Shown here piece after piece: positions 33,782 through 42,149 of a stretch of 64,000 nucleotides of DNA. Each line of letters starts with the position of its first letter. The first letter of the stretch is position 1. A program made the translations under genes and the position numbers. The notes under the pieces are model-generated. The model ran no database searches, was not told the DNA's origin, and saw nothing but the letters and a program-made list of their open reading frames with translations. The stretch is from positions 9,729-73,728 of the forward strand of contig CAZTUZ010000002.1 in NCBI GenBank assembly GCA_964617055.1. Direction: 5' to 3'. The DNA comes from an uncultured Thiothrix sp. GTDB lineage: Bacteria > Pseudomonadota > Gammaproteobacteria > Thiotrichales > Thiotrichaceae.

Positions 33782-34685
33782 GCATTTCAGGACGTAGGCG
33801 TTGAATACGCGGGTGGATAATGAGTGTTTTTACCGCATTATTGCGCGTTTTACAAATTTCCAAGGGATAATCGTCAATTAATAATGTCATGCCAGGAACG
33901 GGTAATGATTCTAAGTATTCCAAGATTAAACCATTCATGGTGTTGGCAGATTGTACCGAAAAATGGCTATCAAGGTGACGGTTGATTTCACGGATGGGTG
34001 TTCGCCCATCTACCCAATAACCACCATTGCTTAATGCCTTGATTTCATAGGCTTGATCGCTCGGAGAGGTAGAGAACTCGCCAACGATTTCTTCGAGGAT
34101 GTCCTCAAGTGTTACTAAACCTAAAATTTCTCCGTATTCATCCACAACCAGTGCAATTCTGCGCGTTTCTTCCTGAAAATTCAGTAGTTGTTGGGTTAGG
34201 GTGGTAGTTTCAGGTGTGAAATAGGCTGGACGAATGCAGGTTTCAAAACGTTCCCGATTTAAATGCCCTTCGCGGAATAATGGTAATAATTTGCGCAAAT
34301 GAACAATCCCAATGACGTTATCCAAACTGCCACGATAAACGAGCAAACGTGTGAACTTGCTGTTGACGATTTGTATTTCGAGGTCGTTCCAGTCATCATC
34401 AAGATTAATCCCCGTCACTTGCTTGCGTGGAATCATAATATCTGCGACCGTGGTGGAGGCTAAATCCAAAACACTTAACAACATATCAGCATGATTAGAG
34501 GGTAAATGTGTTCGCGCCGCATCCACAATAGCGCGTAAGCTCTGAGAGGGTAGTCCGTCACGCGCTGATGCCGATGGTGCGGGTGGTTTGGTACGACTGT
34601 AAAGAATGCAAAACACCGCCGCCAATAGCATGGAAATCAGCACATTGACCAGCATAAAGCCAAACGGTGTCAGAGTGATATTCAC
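33768..34685 (-). CDS. CBS-pair / CorC_HlyC domain membrane protein (CorB/YfjD-like, short N-terminus)
   Basis: 305 aa with one N-terminal TM, a CBS pair and a C-terminal transporter-associated domain. It is translationally coupled to the upstream ypjD-like gene, as in the E. coli ypjD-yfjD pair next to ffh. Confidence 0.75.
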   Translation of the reverse strand: MNITLTPFGFMLVNVLISMLLAAVFCILYSRTKPPAPSASARDGLPSQSLRAIVDAARTHLPSNHADMLLSVLDLASTTVADIMIPRKQVTGINLDDDWNDLEIQIVNSKFTRLLVYRGSLDNVIGIVHLRKLLPLFREGHLNRERFETCIRPAYFTPETTTLTQQLLNFQEETRRIALVVDEYGEILGLVTLEDILEEIVGEFSTSPSDQAYEIKALSNGGYWVDGRTPIREINRHLDSHFSVQSANTMNGLILEYLESLPVPGMTLLIDDYPLEICKTRNNAVKTLIIHPRIQRLRPEMHEQN

Positions 34686-35491
34686 GCAGGATTTACCAAA
34701 AACTCCAGGACAAACTTACTGCCGAAAAACGCTAACATGAGCAAAAAGAAACCGCTTAGTGTCCAGCGGATAGCGATACGTCCGCGCCAACCATATTGCC
34801 AATGTCCCCATAACAAGGCACTGAACACGCACCACGCAATAATGGATAAAACCGTCTTGTGAACCAAGTGTTGGCTAAACAAGTTATCAACGTACAACGC
34901 ACCACTAAGCAATCCACCCGAAAGCAAAACCACCCCCAACACGATGAGTTTGAACAGCAAAGACTCCATATCCTGCAATGGTGGGAGGGTTTTAATTAAA
35001 CCGCCAGGGTGATGATTGTGCAAATGTTTGTTCTGCAACGCTAACAACAGTGCTTGCAACGCTGCCAGCGTCAACATGCTGTATGCTAATAAGGAGGTGA
35101 AAATATGAATCCCTAAACCCGTATTTAAACTCAGCGATGAACTGTGATGGGATTCCAATAACGGCATTAGCATAGCAGAGAGTGTGAAAGGCACGACCAC
35201 AATCCCCAATGTTTCCAGAGGGCGGTGCAGCATGGTGGCAAATAATAAACCATTACATAACCACATCACAACAGAGCTGGCCGTAGCAAAGTTAATCACA
35301 ATGCCAGACGGCTGCAAAACAGCAGCCAGTACCGCGCCACCGTGTAACAACAACGAACCCGACCACACACCAATGAGTAGTTGTCGATGTTGTGGGATGT
35401 TACCGCGCAATCGCTCGCGCAAGCGAGAGCTGATCAACCACCACGTTGTTAGCCATGCTGTTGTCGCCAACAGATTCAGCATTATTGTCAT
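34682..35491 (-). CDS. cytochrome c assembly family (YpjD/CcsA-like) inner membrane protein
   Basis: Polytopic membrane ORF divergent from ffh. The ORF track extends to 35548, but the ATG at 35491 (MTIMLNLL...) is the more plausible start. Confidence 0.65.
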   Translation of the reverse strand: MTIMLNLLATTAWLTTWWLISSRLRERLRGNIPQHRQLLIGVWSGSLLLHGGAVLAAVLQPSGIVINFATASSVVMWLCNGLLFATMLHRPLETLGIVVVPFTLSAMLMPLLESHHSSSLSLNTGLGIHIFTSLLAYSMLTLAALQALLLALQNKHLHNHHPGGLIKTLPPLQDMESLLFKLIVLGVVLLSGGLLSGALYVDNLFSQHLVHKTVLSIIAWCVFSALLWGHWQYGWRGRIAIRWTLSGFFLLMLAFFGSKFVLEFLVNPA

Positions 35492-35612
35492 TTTCAAACG
35501 GATTCTATACGTCGTTAAAAGTTGCGTGCCCCAATGGTGGAAACGCATTCGTTTTCACTTTTAATGCTATGATAGCAACTTGTGCCGCAATGGGACTAGA
35601 AAGAAGTCAAAC

Positions 35613-36998
35613 ATGTTCGAGAATTTAAGTGAACGTCTGTCGCAGACGGTAAAAAAATTACGCGGTCAAGCCCGTTTGACCGATGAAAACATTAAAGATG
35701 CGCTGCGTGATGTGCGTATGGCACTGTTAGAAGCTGACGTGGCTTTGCCTGTGGTTCGTGAGTTCACGAGTCGGGTGCGAGAGCGGGCAATTGGGCAGGA
35801 GGTATTGGAAAGTCTAACCCCAGGACAGGCATTCATCAAAGTGGTGAATGATGAGCTAGTTGCAATCATGGGTAAGGCCAACGAAACCTTATCGCTCAAT
35901 GCGCAACCACCTGCGGTTATCTTAATGGCGGGGTTACAAGGGGCGGGTAAAACGACCACCGTTGGTAAGTTGACACGCTTTTTAAAAGAACGCCAAAACA
36001 AGTCTGTTATGGTTGTCAGTTGTGACGTATACCGTCCTGCGGCGATTAAACAGCTCGAAACCATCGCAGGGCAAACAGGGGCAGTTTTTTTCCCCAGTGA
36101 AGCCACGCAAAAGCCTGTCGATATTGCCAATGCGGCGGTGGCGGAAGCCAAGCGCAAATACATGGATGTGTTGATTGTGGATACCGCTGGACGGTTACAC
36201 ATCGATGCGCAAATGATGCAGGAAATTCAAGTCGTTCATGCCGCGCTTAACCCCATTGAAACGCTATTTGTTGTGGATAGCATGACAGGTCAGGATGCAG
36301 CCAATACCGCAAAAGCGTTTGGCGATGCGTTACCACTGACAGGGGTTGTCTTAACCAAAGCGGATGGTGATGCGCGTGGTGGTGCGGCATTGTCGGTGCG
36401 TCAAATCACGGGAAAACCGATCAAGTTTATCGGTGTTGGTGAAAAGCTGGATGCGCTTGAACCCTTCCACCCAGATCGTATGGCATCGCGTATTTTGGGT
36501 ATGGGCGATGTCCTGAGCTTGATTGAAGAAGCACAACGCCAAGTTGACCATAAAAAAGCGCAAGCTCTTGCTAAAAAACTAAACAAAGGCAAAGGCTTCG
36601 ATTTTGAAGATTTACGCGACCAAATGCAGCAAATGCTGAAAATGGGTGGCATGAGTGCACTGATGGATAAATTACCTGGTATGGGTAACGTGCCAGCGCA
36701 TTTGAAAGAGCAAGCGAATGATAAAGAAGTTCGGCGCATGATTGCGATTATTAACTCCATGACATTGGAAGAGCGTCGTAATCCCGAGGTTATCAAGGCA
36801 TCACGCAAGCGCCGAATTGCAGCAGGCTGTGGTTTGCAAGTGCAAGATGTAAATCGTCTTCTTAAGCAGCATCAACAAATGAGCCGTGTAATGAAGCAGT
36901 TTTCAAAAGGTGGGGCTTTGCGCAAATTGATGGGCAAAATGAGTAATAAGATGCCACCAGGGGGTGGATTCCCTCCCATCGGCGGTTTTCCGGGGTAA
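35613..36998 (+). CDS. ffh: signal recognition particle protein Ffh
   Basis: The ATG at 35613 gives MFENLSERLSQTVKKLRG. GLQGAGKTTT, DTAGRL and TKADGDARGG motifs and a Met-rich M domain are present. Confidence 0.97.
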   Translation: MFENLSERLSQTVKKLRGQARLTDENIKDALRDVRMALLEADVALPVVREFTSRVRERAIGQEVLESLTPGQAFIKVVNDELVAIMGKANETLSLNAQPPAVILMAGLQGAGKTTTVGKLTRFLKERQNKSVMVVSCDVYRPAAIKQLETIAGQTGAVFFPSEATQKPVDIANAAVAEAKRKYMDVLIVDTAGRLHIDAQMMQEIQVVHAALNPIETLFVVDSMTGQDAANTAKAFGDALPLTGVVLTKADGDARGGAALSVRQITGKPIKFIGVGEKLDALEPFHPDRMASRILGMGDVLSLIEEAQRQVDHKKAQALAKKLNKGKGFDFEDLRDQMQQMLKMGGMSALMDKLPGMGNVPAHLKEQANDKEVRRMIAIINSMTLEERRNPEVIKASRKRRIAAGCGLQVQDVNRLLKQHQQMSRVMKQFSKGGALRKLMGKMSNKMPPGGGFPPIGGFPG

Positions 36999-37211
36999 TT
37001 TAATTGAGTTTTTAGGTATTTAATTGCGCATCTTTGATTATTTGTGATAATAGGGGTTTGCCTGTTCTTTTATCTAGTTGTATGATGCGCATCGTCCAGA
37101 GATTTCCGTGAGGCTGACGAACGGGGTCGATGCATTCAATCTCTTGGATGTTGGTACATAATTTGTGCTGATAAAGTTTCCCTTTCCTTATATCGTGAGA
37201 GAGTTTGAACT

Positions 37212-37499
37212 ATGAAAATGAAATCTCAATTAACTATCGCTGGTCTGTTGTTCGCTGGTTTGTTGGCAACTGGTTGTAGCCAACAACAAGCTGCTGGTGG
37301 TCAACAACAAACTGCTGCTCCAGAAACTCCTGCTGCTCCAGCTGCTCCAGCTGCTCCGGTTGCTCCAGCACACCCTGTTGCTCCAGTACGTCCAGCTCCA
37401 GCTCCAGTTGTGCCTAAAGTTAAAGCGAAAGGCAACTACAAAGGTCCAGTCGCAATGGATCCAGCTTCTAAAGCTGCTCTGCAACAATACCAAAAGTAA
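37212..37499 (+). CDS. small Pro/Ala-rich lipoprotein, paralogue 1
   Basis: 95 aa. Signal peptide plus lipobox LLATGC|S, a (PAA)n linker, and the C-terminal block PKVKAKGNYKGPVAMDPASKAALQQYQK. Own SD (GAGAG) and terminator. Codon choice (GCT/CCA/GGT/CGT) looks like that of highly expressed genes. Confidence 0.75.
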   Translation: MKMKSQLTIAGLLFAGLLATGCSQQQAAGGQQQTAAPETPAAPAAPAAPVAPAHPVAPVRPAPAPVVPKVKAKGNYKGPVAMDPASKAALQQYQK

Positions 37500-37555
37500 T
37501 GCTTGCATTGGTACACTAGTTCCCGCTTGATCTAAGTAGGAAATGGTTATCTGAA

Positions 37556-37586
37556 AGCCCCTCGTTATGACGAGGGGCTTTTTTTT
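37556..37586 (+). terminator. rho-independent terminator of lipoprotein paralogue 1
   Basis: agcccctcgt (37556-37565), loop tatg, acgaggggct (37570-37579), then T7. Confidence 0.85.
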
Positions 37587-37735
37587 GCCCAAACCTCACA
37601 AATCTCCTACCCATTCGTCGGCGTTTCTGTATGTTTTGTGCTACATAATGATAGGTAGCAATGATAGAGGCAACTCGATAAGGCTACACTGCAAAAACTT
37701 ACTGACTTTTTAGTGAATAAATTGAGGCTAAAGCC

Positions 37736-38047
37736 ATGGAAATGAAGTCCAAATTGACTCTTGCGGCATTGATTTGTGTTGGTTTGCTGGCAACAGGTTG
37801 TAGTCAACAACAAGCTGCGGGCAGTCAACAGGTTGCACAACAACAAAGTTGTAATTGCGAAAAAGAAAAACCTGTTACTCCGCCTCCTGCTCCTGTACAA
37901 CCGCCTGTCAAACGTCCTCCACCACCTGTCAAACCTGTCGTTCCGGTTGCACCTGTTGTTCCGCCTGTTAAAGCCAAAGGCAACTTCAAAGGTGCGGTGA
38001 AGATGGATGAGTCATCTAAAGCCGTGATGCAACAGTATCAACGTTAA
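37736..38047 (+). CDS. small Pro-rich lipoprotein, paralogue 2
   Basis: 103 aa. MEMKSKLTLAALICVGLLATGC|S, a CNC motif, a poly-Pro/Val linker, and the C-terminal block PPVKAKGNFKGAVKMDESSKAVMQQYQR. Confidence 0.75.
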   Translation: MEMKSKLTLAALICVGLLATGCSQQQAAGSQQVAQQQSCNCEKEKPVTPPPAPVQPPVKRPPPPVKPVVPVAPVVPPVKAKGNFKGAVKMDESSKAVMQQYQR

Positions 38048-38064
38048 TCGCTGAGCAACACGAC

Positions 38065-38104
38065 ACCGACCTTTACTTTATTTGGGGTAGGGGTCGGTTT
38101 TATG
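38065..38104 (+). terminator. imperfect hairpin after paralogue 2
   Basis: accgacc (38065-38071) pairs with ggtcggt (38092-38098), followed by tttta. This is weaker than the other two terminators. Confidence 0.4.
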
Positions 38105-38323
38105 GTTGCATTTCCTGCGAACTCGTTTTATTTTTGGGATGTGTTGTAAATTTGCACAACATGGACGTGTCTATCGTGATGTTATCACCGTGTCGCTGAG
38201 CAGTTTTTTAGGTAGATTCGTGTTAAATTGGTGCGGAGTGTTTTCCTAAAGCAATTTTGTGGTTGTTTTGCTACACTCTTTGAAATCAGTGCCTTCCCTT
38301 CAACAATGAAAGAGACCAAGACG

Positions 38324-38719
38324 ATGAAGATTAAATCCCCACTCGCAATCGCAGCTTTAATTATGGCAGGTATGTTCGCAACAGGTTGCCAACAAATGAG
38401 CCAGCAACAGACGGCTGCTCCTGCAACCACAACAACGCCTGCGACAGCTACAACAACTCCCGCTGCTGGTGGTTGTGATCCTAAAGCAGATAAAAGCTGC
38501 CATACTCATCCTCCTGTTCCAGCTTGCACGAACTCCATTACACATAGCCATCAGTTCACTGATCCAAGCCATACTCACCACTATAGCTGCAAACCTGGTA
38601 TTCCACACAAAGGTACTGGTCCTGTGATTCCAAAAGTAAAAGCAAAAGGCAATTTTAAAGGGCCAGTCAAGATGAACCAAACATCTCAGGACGCACTGAA
38701 GCAATATCAACAAAAATAA
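38324..38719 (+). CDS. small lipoprotein, paralogue 3, with Thr-rich and Cys/His-rich insert
   Basis: The start was chosen by analogy with the paralogues (MKIKSPLAIAALIMAGMFATGC|Q); the ORF track starts at 38228. The C-terminal block is IPKVKAKGNFKGPVKMNQTSQDALKQYQQK. Confidence 0.7.
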   Translation: MKIKSPLAIAALIMAGMFATGCQQMSQQQTAAPATTTTPATATTTPAAGGCDPKADKSCHTHPPVPACTNSITHSHQFTDPSHTHHYSCKPGIPHKGTGPVIPKVKAKGNFKGPVKMNQTSQDALKQYQQK

Positions 38720-38786
38720 GTTGATAGCTAATCCATGAGGCATTTCATTGTTAATCTTGTAAAAAGTTAGCAAATGCATTGTGTCG

Positions 38787-38820
38787 ATACCCAACCATTG
38801 CTCGGTTGGGTATTTTTTTG
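38787..38820 (+). terminator. rho-independent terminator of paralogue 3
   Basis: atacccaacc (38787-38796), loop attgctc, ggttgggtat (38804-38813), then T7. Confidence 0.85.
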
Positions 38821-38972
38821 GTTGAAATTCGGAATAAGGCAAATTACGCTAAGCGACATTGGGAACTTATGGGCATGTTCTCAAGTCAGGGCTATTAATA
38901 GGCGTGAACCTGACAGGTTGCATTTACCTATCGAGTGTTCTTCTGGTTTTAACTACATCAAGTGCAAGTTTC

Positions 38973-40220
38973 ATGAAAAAATTTTTTAGCCTAGTGCTTT
39001 TACTAACCGCTGCGACGTTTATGCCGTCGATGGCCTCCGCTGACGTATGGCCTAATGAGAACGCATGGGATGACACATGGGAAAGTCGTTACCATGATTG
39101 GGTGCGTACTAACTGGAAAGATGACATCTTTATGGATGCATCTAAGCCTATCTACTATCAGTTTGAAAATGACTGTGCTGACGCGGTTTACATGATGCGC
39201 TTGATTTTCGCGTATGAGAACCGTCTGCCATTCGTGATTAATAATCGCGATAAAGCGGGTAAACAGATTAGCAATAGCATGGGAACGTGGGATAATCTCG
39301 CGCCACCACAACGGGTTCGCCAGTTCATGAACTATGTGGCTGACATGACCAGTAGTGCATCCTTGCCAAACGATACTTACCCTGTAGCACTCAATGACAT
39401 TAAACCAGGTGATGTATATGTCGCCCCAGGGGTTCACTCTTACCAAATCGTGGAAGTGACAGATGCAGGTATCGCTGAAGTCATGGCTTCTACAACCCCT
39501 AAACAAGCGCGTTATTTGTTACGCACGCCATCGTTTCCTTTCTATGTGCCAGAAGACAAGCGCATGGGTGATGGTTATCGCCGTTTCAAACAACCACAAA
39601 ACATCATGAAGCCTGCCAGTGCCCAACCTGGGTATAGCGAAGAGCAATTCCAAGTGGCGGCGGAATTAGGTGGCGACTATGTAGCGTTTACGGACATTAT
39701 TTCTAAAAAGCTGGGTCATCGTGAAGAACGTCCAGATGAAAAAACCCAACGTTTATTATTGGCCTTGTGCATGTATGCTAATGATCGCAGCGTGTATGTT
39801 TACGATGCGTTGTACTATTTGCAAAAGATCCGCAATGAAGGTCGTCGTTGCATGAATGCAAAAGAATACGATGACCATTCAACGCCAGGTCGCGATAAAC
39901 GTTTGAATATGTTCTTTAGTTCCATTCGTCGTCATTTGGATCGCGTCGGACGTTTTGATCCGCGTTCGCAACCCGCGCGTTGGGCAAAAGCGGTATTCTC
40001 TAATGACCAGCCACCACCATCTGAAATGCAGAATCTAAATAATTTCTGCCAAGTTCAAATGACGTTGGTCGATGAGGGTGAACGTAATTACTACATGACA
40101 TTGCGTGAGTTGCGTCAAAATGTTGAAGCAGGTACGTTAAGTTCTGACCCACATGCGCCATTGGAATACCGTTGGGGTATTGCCAAACAGCCGTTTGTCT
40201 CGGACTGTCCAACGTATTAA
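38973..40220 (+). CDS. secreted protein of unknown function, possible papain-fold (NlpC/P60-superfamily-like) Cys/His hydrolase
   Basis: The ATG at 38973 gives MKKFFSLVLLLTAATFMPSMASA|DVW, a signal peptide. The motifs NDCADAVYMMRLIF and IKPGDVYVAPGVHSYQIV parallel GVCTDTVIRSY and YQPGDLVTW..EHIGIVV of the neighbouring DUF1287 protein. Confidence 0.5.
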   Translation: MKKFFSLVLLLTAATFMPSMASADVWPNENAWDDTWESRYHDWVRTNWKDDIFMDASKPIYYQFENDCADAVYMMRLIFAYENRLPFVINNRDKAGKQISNSMGTWDNLAPPQRVRQFMNYVADMTSSASLPNDTYPVALNDIKPGDVYVAPGVHSYQIVEVTDAGIAEVMASTTPKQARYLLRTPSFPFYVPEDKRMGDGYRRFKQPQNIMKPASAQPGYSEEQFQVAAELGGDYVAFTDIISKKLGHREERPDEKTQRLLLALCMYANDRSVYVYDALYYLQKIRNEGRRCMNAKEYDDHSTPGRDKRLNMFFSSIRRHLDRVGRFDPRSQPARWAKAVFSNDQPPPSEMQNLNNFCQVQMTLVDEGERNYYMTLRELRQNVEAGTLSSDPHAPLEYRWGIAKQPFVSDCPTY

Positions 40221-40300
40221 GCTGCATTCAGCTTAGGTTTTCCCCCATGCTTTTACGCTGGGGGAGACTGGCTGCATCAACATAACAATAATGATTGCTC

Positions 40301-40329
40301 TGACTATCGTGAATAGCATTCGGTATAAT
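40301..40329 (+). promoter_or_regulatory. candidate sigma70 promoter of the DUF1287 gene
   Basis: TGACTA (40301-40306), 17-nt spacer, TATAAT (40324-40329). Confidence 0.4.
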
Positions 40330-40425
40330 GCGCCTCGCGTAGATGACTTCAACGTATGTATGCAAATGGTTAAACGGGCTTTTCGGAGTTTAAGGATTTC
40401 TGTTGTTGAAACAGGAGTGGGGTAA

Positions 40426-41169
40426 ATGAGTAGTGTTCTGAGATTATCACGCTTAACGAGATTGAGTGTATTAGTCTATTTGGTTTCGGGTGTCGGCTTA
40501 AGTGGGTTGAGTGGTTGTTCTAGCCAATCGCAATCAACAGGGCAACAACAACAACAGCAAACCGTGCCGATGCAACGTTCAGGTACGGCGCGTACTAATG
40601 TTGCCACGCCAGAGCGTTTGTCTTACGCGGCTTTGGATCGCCTGCGTCACCGTGTGGTTTATAATGGCACATATGTGCCTATTGCTTATCCTAACGGAGA
40701 CGTACCCAGTAACATGGGAGTTTGTACCGACACGGTTATCCGTTCTTACCGTAAGCTAGGTGTTGATTTGCAACGCTTGGTTCACGAAGATATGGCACGG
40801 AATTTCTATGCCTATCCCAATTTGCCAAAATGGGGATTGAGTGCGCCAGACCCGAATATCGACCATCGTCGGGTGCATAACCTGAAAGCTTTCTTTACAC
40901 GTCGAGGGGCGCGTCTGCCCGTCTCTGGCGATCCGCGCGATTACCAACCAGGTGATTTGGTAACGTGGAATCTGGGTGGGGATCAAGAGCACATCGGTAT
41001 CGTTGTGAATCGCAAATCGACAGCAGACCCAGACCGTTACCTCATTGTGCATAACATTGGCGAAGGTGAAAAAATGGAAGATGTACTATTCCAAATGCCG
41101 ATCACCGGACATTACCGTTTCTTCCCCGGTTATGTGCCTTCTGCTGCACAATATGCGTCCGCTAACTAG
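40426..41169 (+). CDS. DUF1287-family lipoprotein
   Basis: 247 aa with lipobox LSGLSGC|S. The blocks VVYNGTYVPIAYPNGDVPSNMGVCTDTVIRSYRKLGVDLQRLVHEDM and PDPNIDHRRVHNL match my memory of DUF1287. Confidence 0.7.
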   Translation: MSSVLRLSRLTRLSVLVYLVSGVGLSGLSGCSSQSQSTGQQQQQQTVPMQRSGTARTNVATPERLSYAALDRLRHRVVYNGTYVPIAYPNGDVPSNMGVCTDTVIRSYRKLGVDLQRLVHEDMARNFYAYPNLPKWGLSAPDPNIDHRRVHNLKAFFTRRGARLPVSGDPRDYQPGDLVTWNLGGDQEHIGIVVNRKSTADPDRYLIVHNIGEGEKMEDVLFQMPITGHYRFFPGYVPSAAQYASAN

Positions 41170-41198
41170 TCAGTAAATGACGTTCCCATTCGCATGAT

Positions 41199-41227
41199 AA
41201 AAGCCTCCCCATCGTGGAGGCTTTTTG
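41199..41227 (+). terminator. rho-independent terminator after the DUF1287 gene
   Basis: aagcctcc (41201-41208) pairs with ggaggctt (41216-41223), followed by tttt. Confidence 0.7.
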
Positions 41228-41342
41228 TTATAAGCGGTGTAATCAATACTTCACTTTTTCTGAAATTAACGTACAATCTCGCGTTTACTTCGGGGTGGGG
41301 TAGTCTGCCCTGCGTTTACTGAATTTATTTTAAGGTTTTGCT

Positions 41343-41597
41343 ATGGTCAACATTCGTCTGGCTAGAGGTGGCGCGAAAAAGCGTCCTTTTTATCACATCG
41401 TCGTTAGTGATAAACGTAAACCACGTGACAGTGGCTACATCGAGCGTATCGGTTATTTCAACCCAGTTGCGCGTGGTCAAGAAGTGCGTCTGCACATCGA
41501 GCAAGACCGCGCTGACTACTGGTTAAAATGTGGTGCACAACCGACTGAGCGCGTGGCTAAGTTGCTGAAAGAAACAACGGAAAGCGCGGCAGTTTAA
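41343..41597 (+). CDS. rpsP: 30S ribosomal protein S16
   Basis: 84 aa: [21 protein letters not shown]... Confidence 0.97.
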   Translation: MVNIRLARGGAKKRPFYHIVVSDKRKPRDSGYIERIGYFNPVARGQEVRLHIEQDRADYWLKCGAQPTERVAKLLKETTESAAV

Positions 41598-41628
41598 GGC
41601 AAGTTAAGGTTACGACTGTTATTGACTT

Positions 41629-42147
41629 ATGACCCAAGCTAATACCTCCAACCAAATGATTACACTAGGAAAAATCGCTGGTGTTTTTGGCGTGAAAGGC
41701 TGGGTAAAAGTGTTTTCCCACACGGAACAGCGCGAAGCCATTTTGGACTACAGTCCGTGGTACTTGAGTGTGGCGGGTGAATGGAAAGCGTATAAAGTCA
41801 TAGCAGGTCAGGTGCAAAGCAAGGGCATTGTTGCTCAATTGCAAACGGTTAATGACCGTGATCAAGCACAAACCTTGATCGGCTGTACGATTGCTATTCC
41901 CCGTGAACAATTGCAGCCGTTGCGTCAGGATGAATACTACTGGGCAGATTTGCTGGGTATGGAAGTCATCAATCTGACAGGTTTTGTGTTTGGTAAAGTC
42001 GATTCCCTATTGGAAACAGGTGCAAATGATGTCGTGGTCGTGCGTGGTGATGAGGAACGCTTAATCCCTTGGATCATGCACGATGTCATTAAATCCGTTT
42101 CAGTAGATGAACGTCGTATCGTTGTGGATTGGGAGCCGGACTTTTAG
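41629..42147 (+). CDS. rimM: ribosome maturation factor RimM
   Basis: 172 aa with [15 protein letters not shown] and a PRC-barrel C-terminus. Operon position fits. Confidence 0.93.
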   Translation: MTQANTSNQMITLGKIAGVFGVKGWVKVFSHTEQREAILDYSPWYLSVAGEWKAYKVIAGQVQSKGIVAQLQTVNDRDQAQTLIGCTIAIPREQLQPLRQDEYYWADLLGMEVINLTGFVFGKVDSLLETGANDVVVVRGDEERLIPWIMHDVIKSVSVDERRIVVDWEPDF

Positions 42148-42149
42148 TC

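Noticed and set aside
37230-38842. ORFs 37230-37592 (-), 37297-37530 (+), 37607-37900 (-), 37776-38000 (+) and 38357-38842 (-)
   Set aside because: They overlap the three lipoprotein genes in other frames or strands. The open frames are explained by the Pro/Ala/Gln repeat DNA. None has a start context or a terminator of its own.
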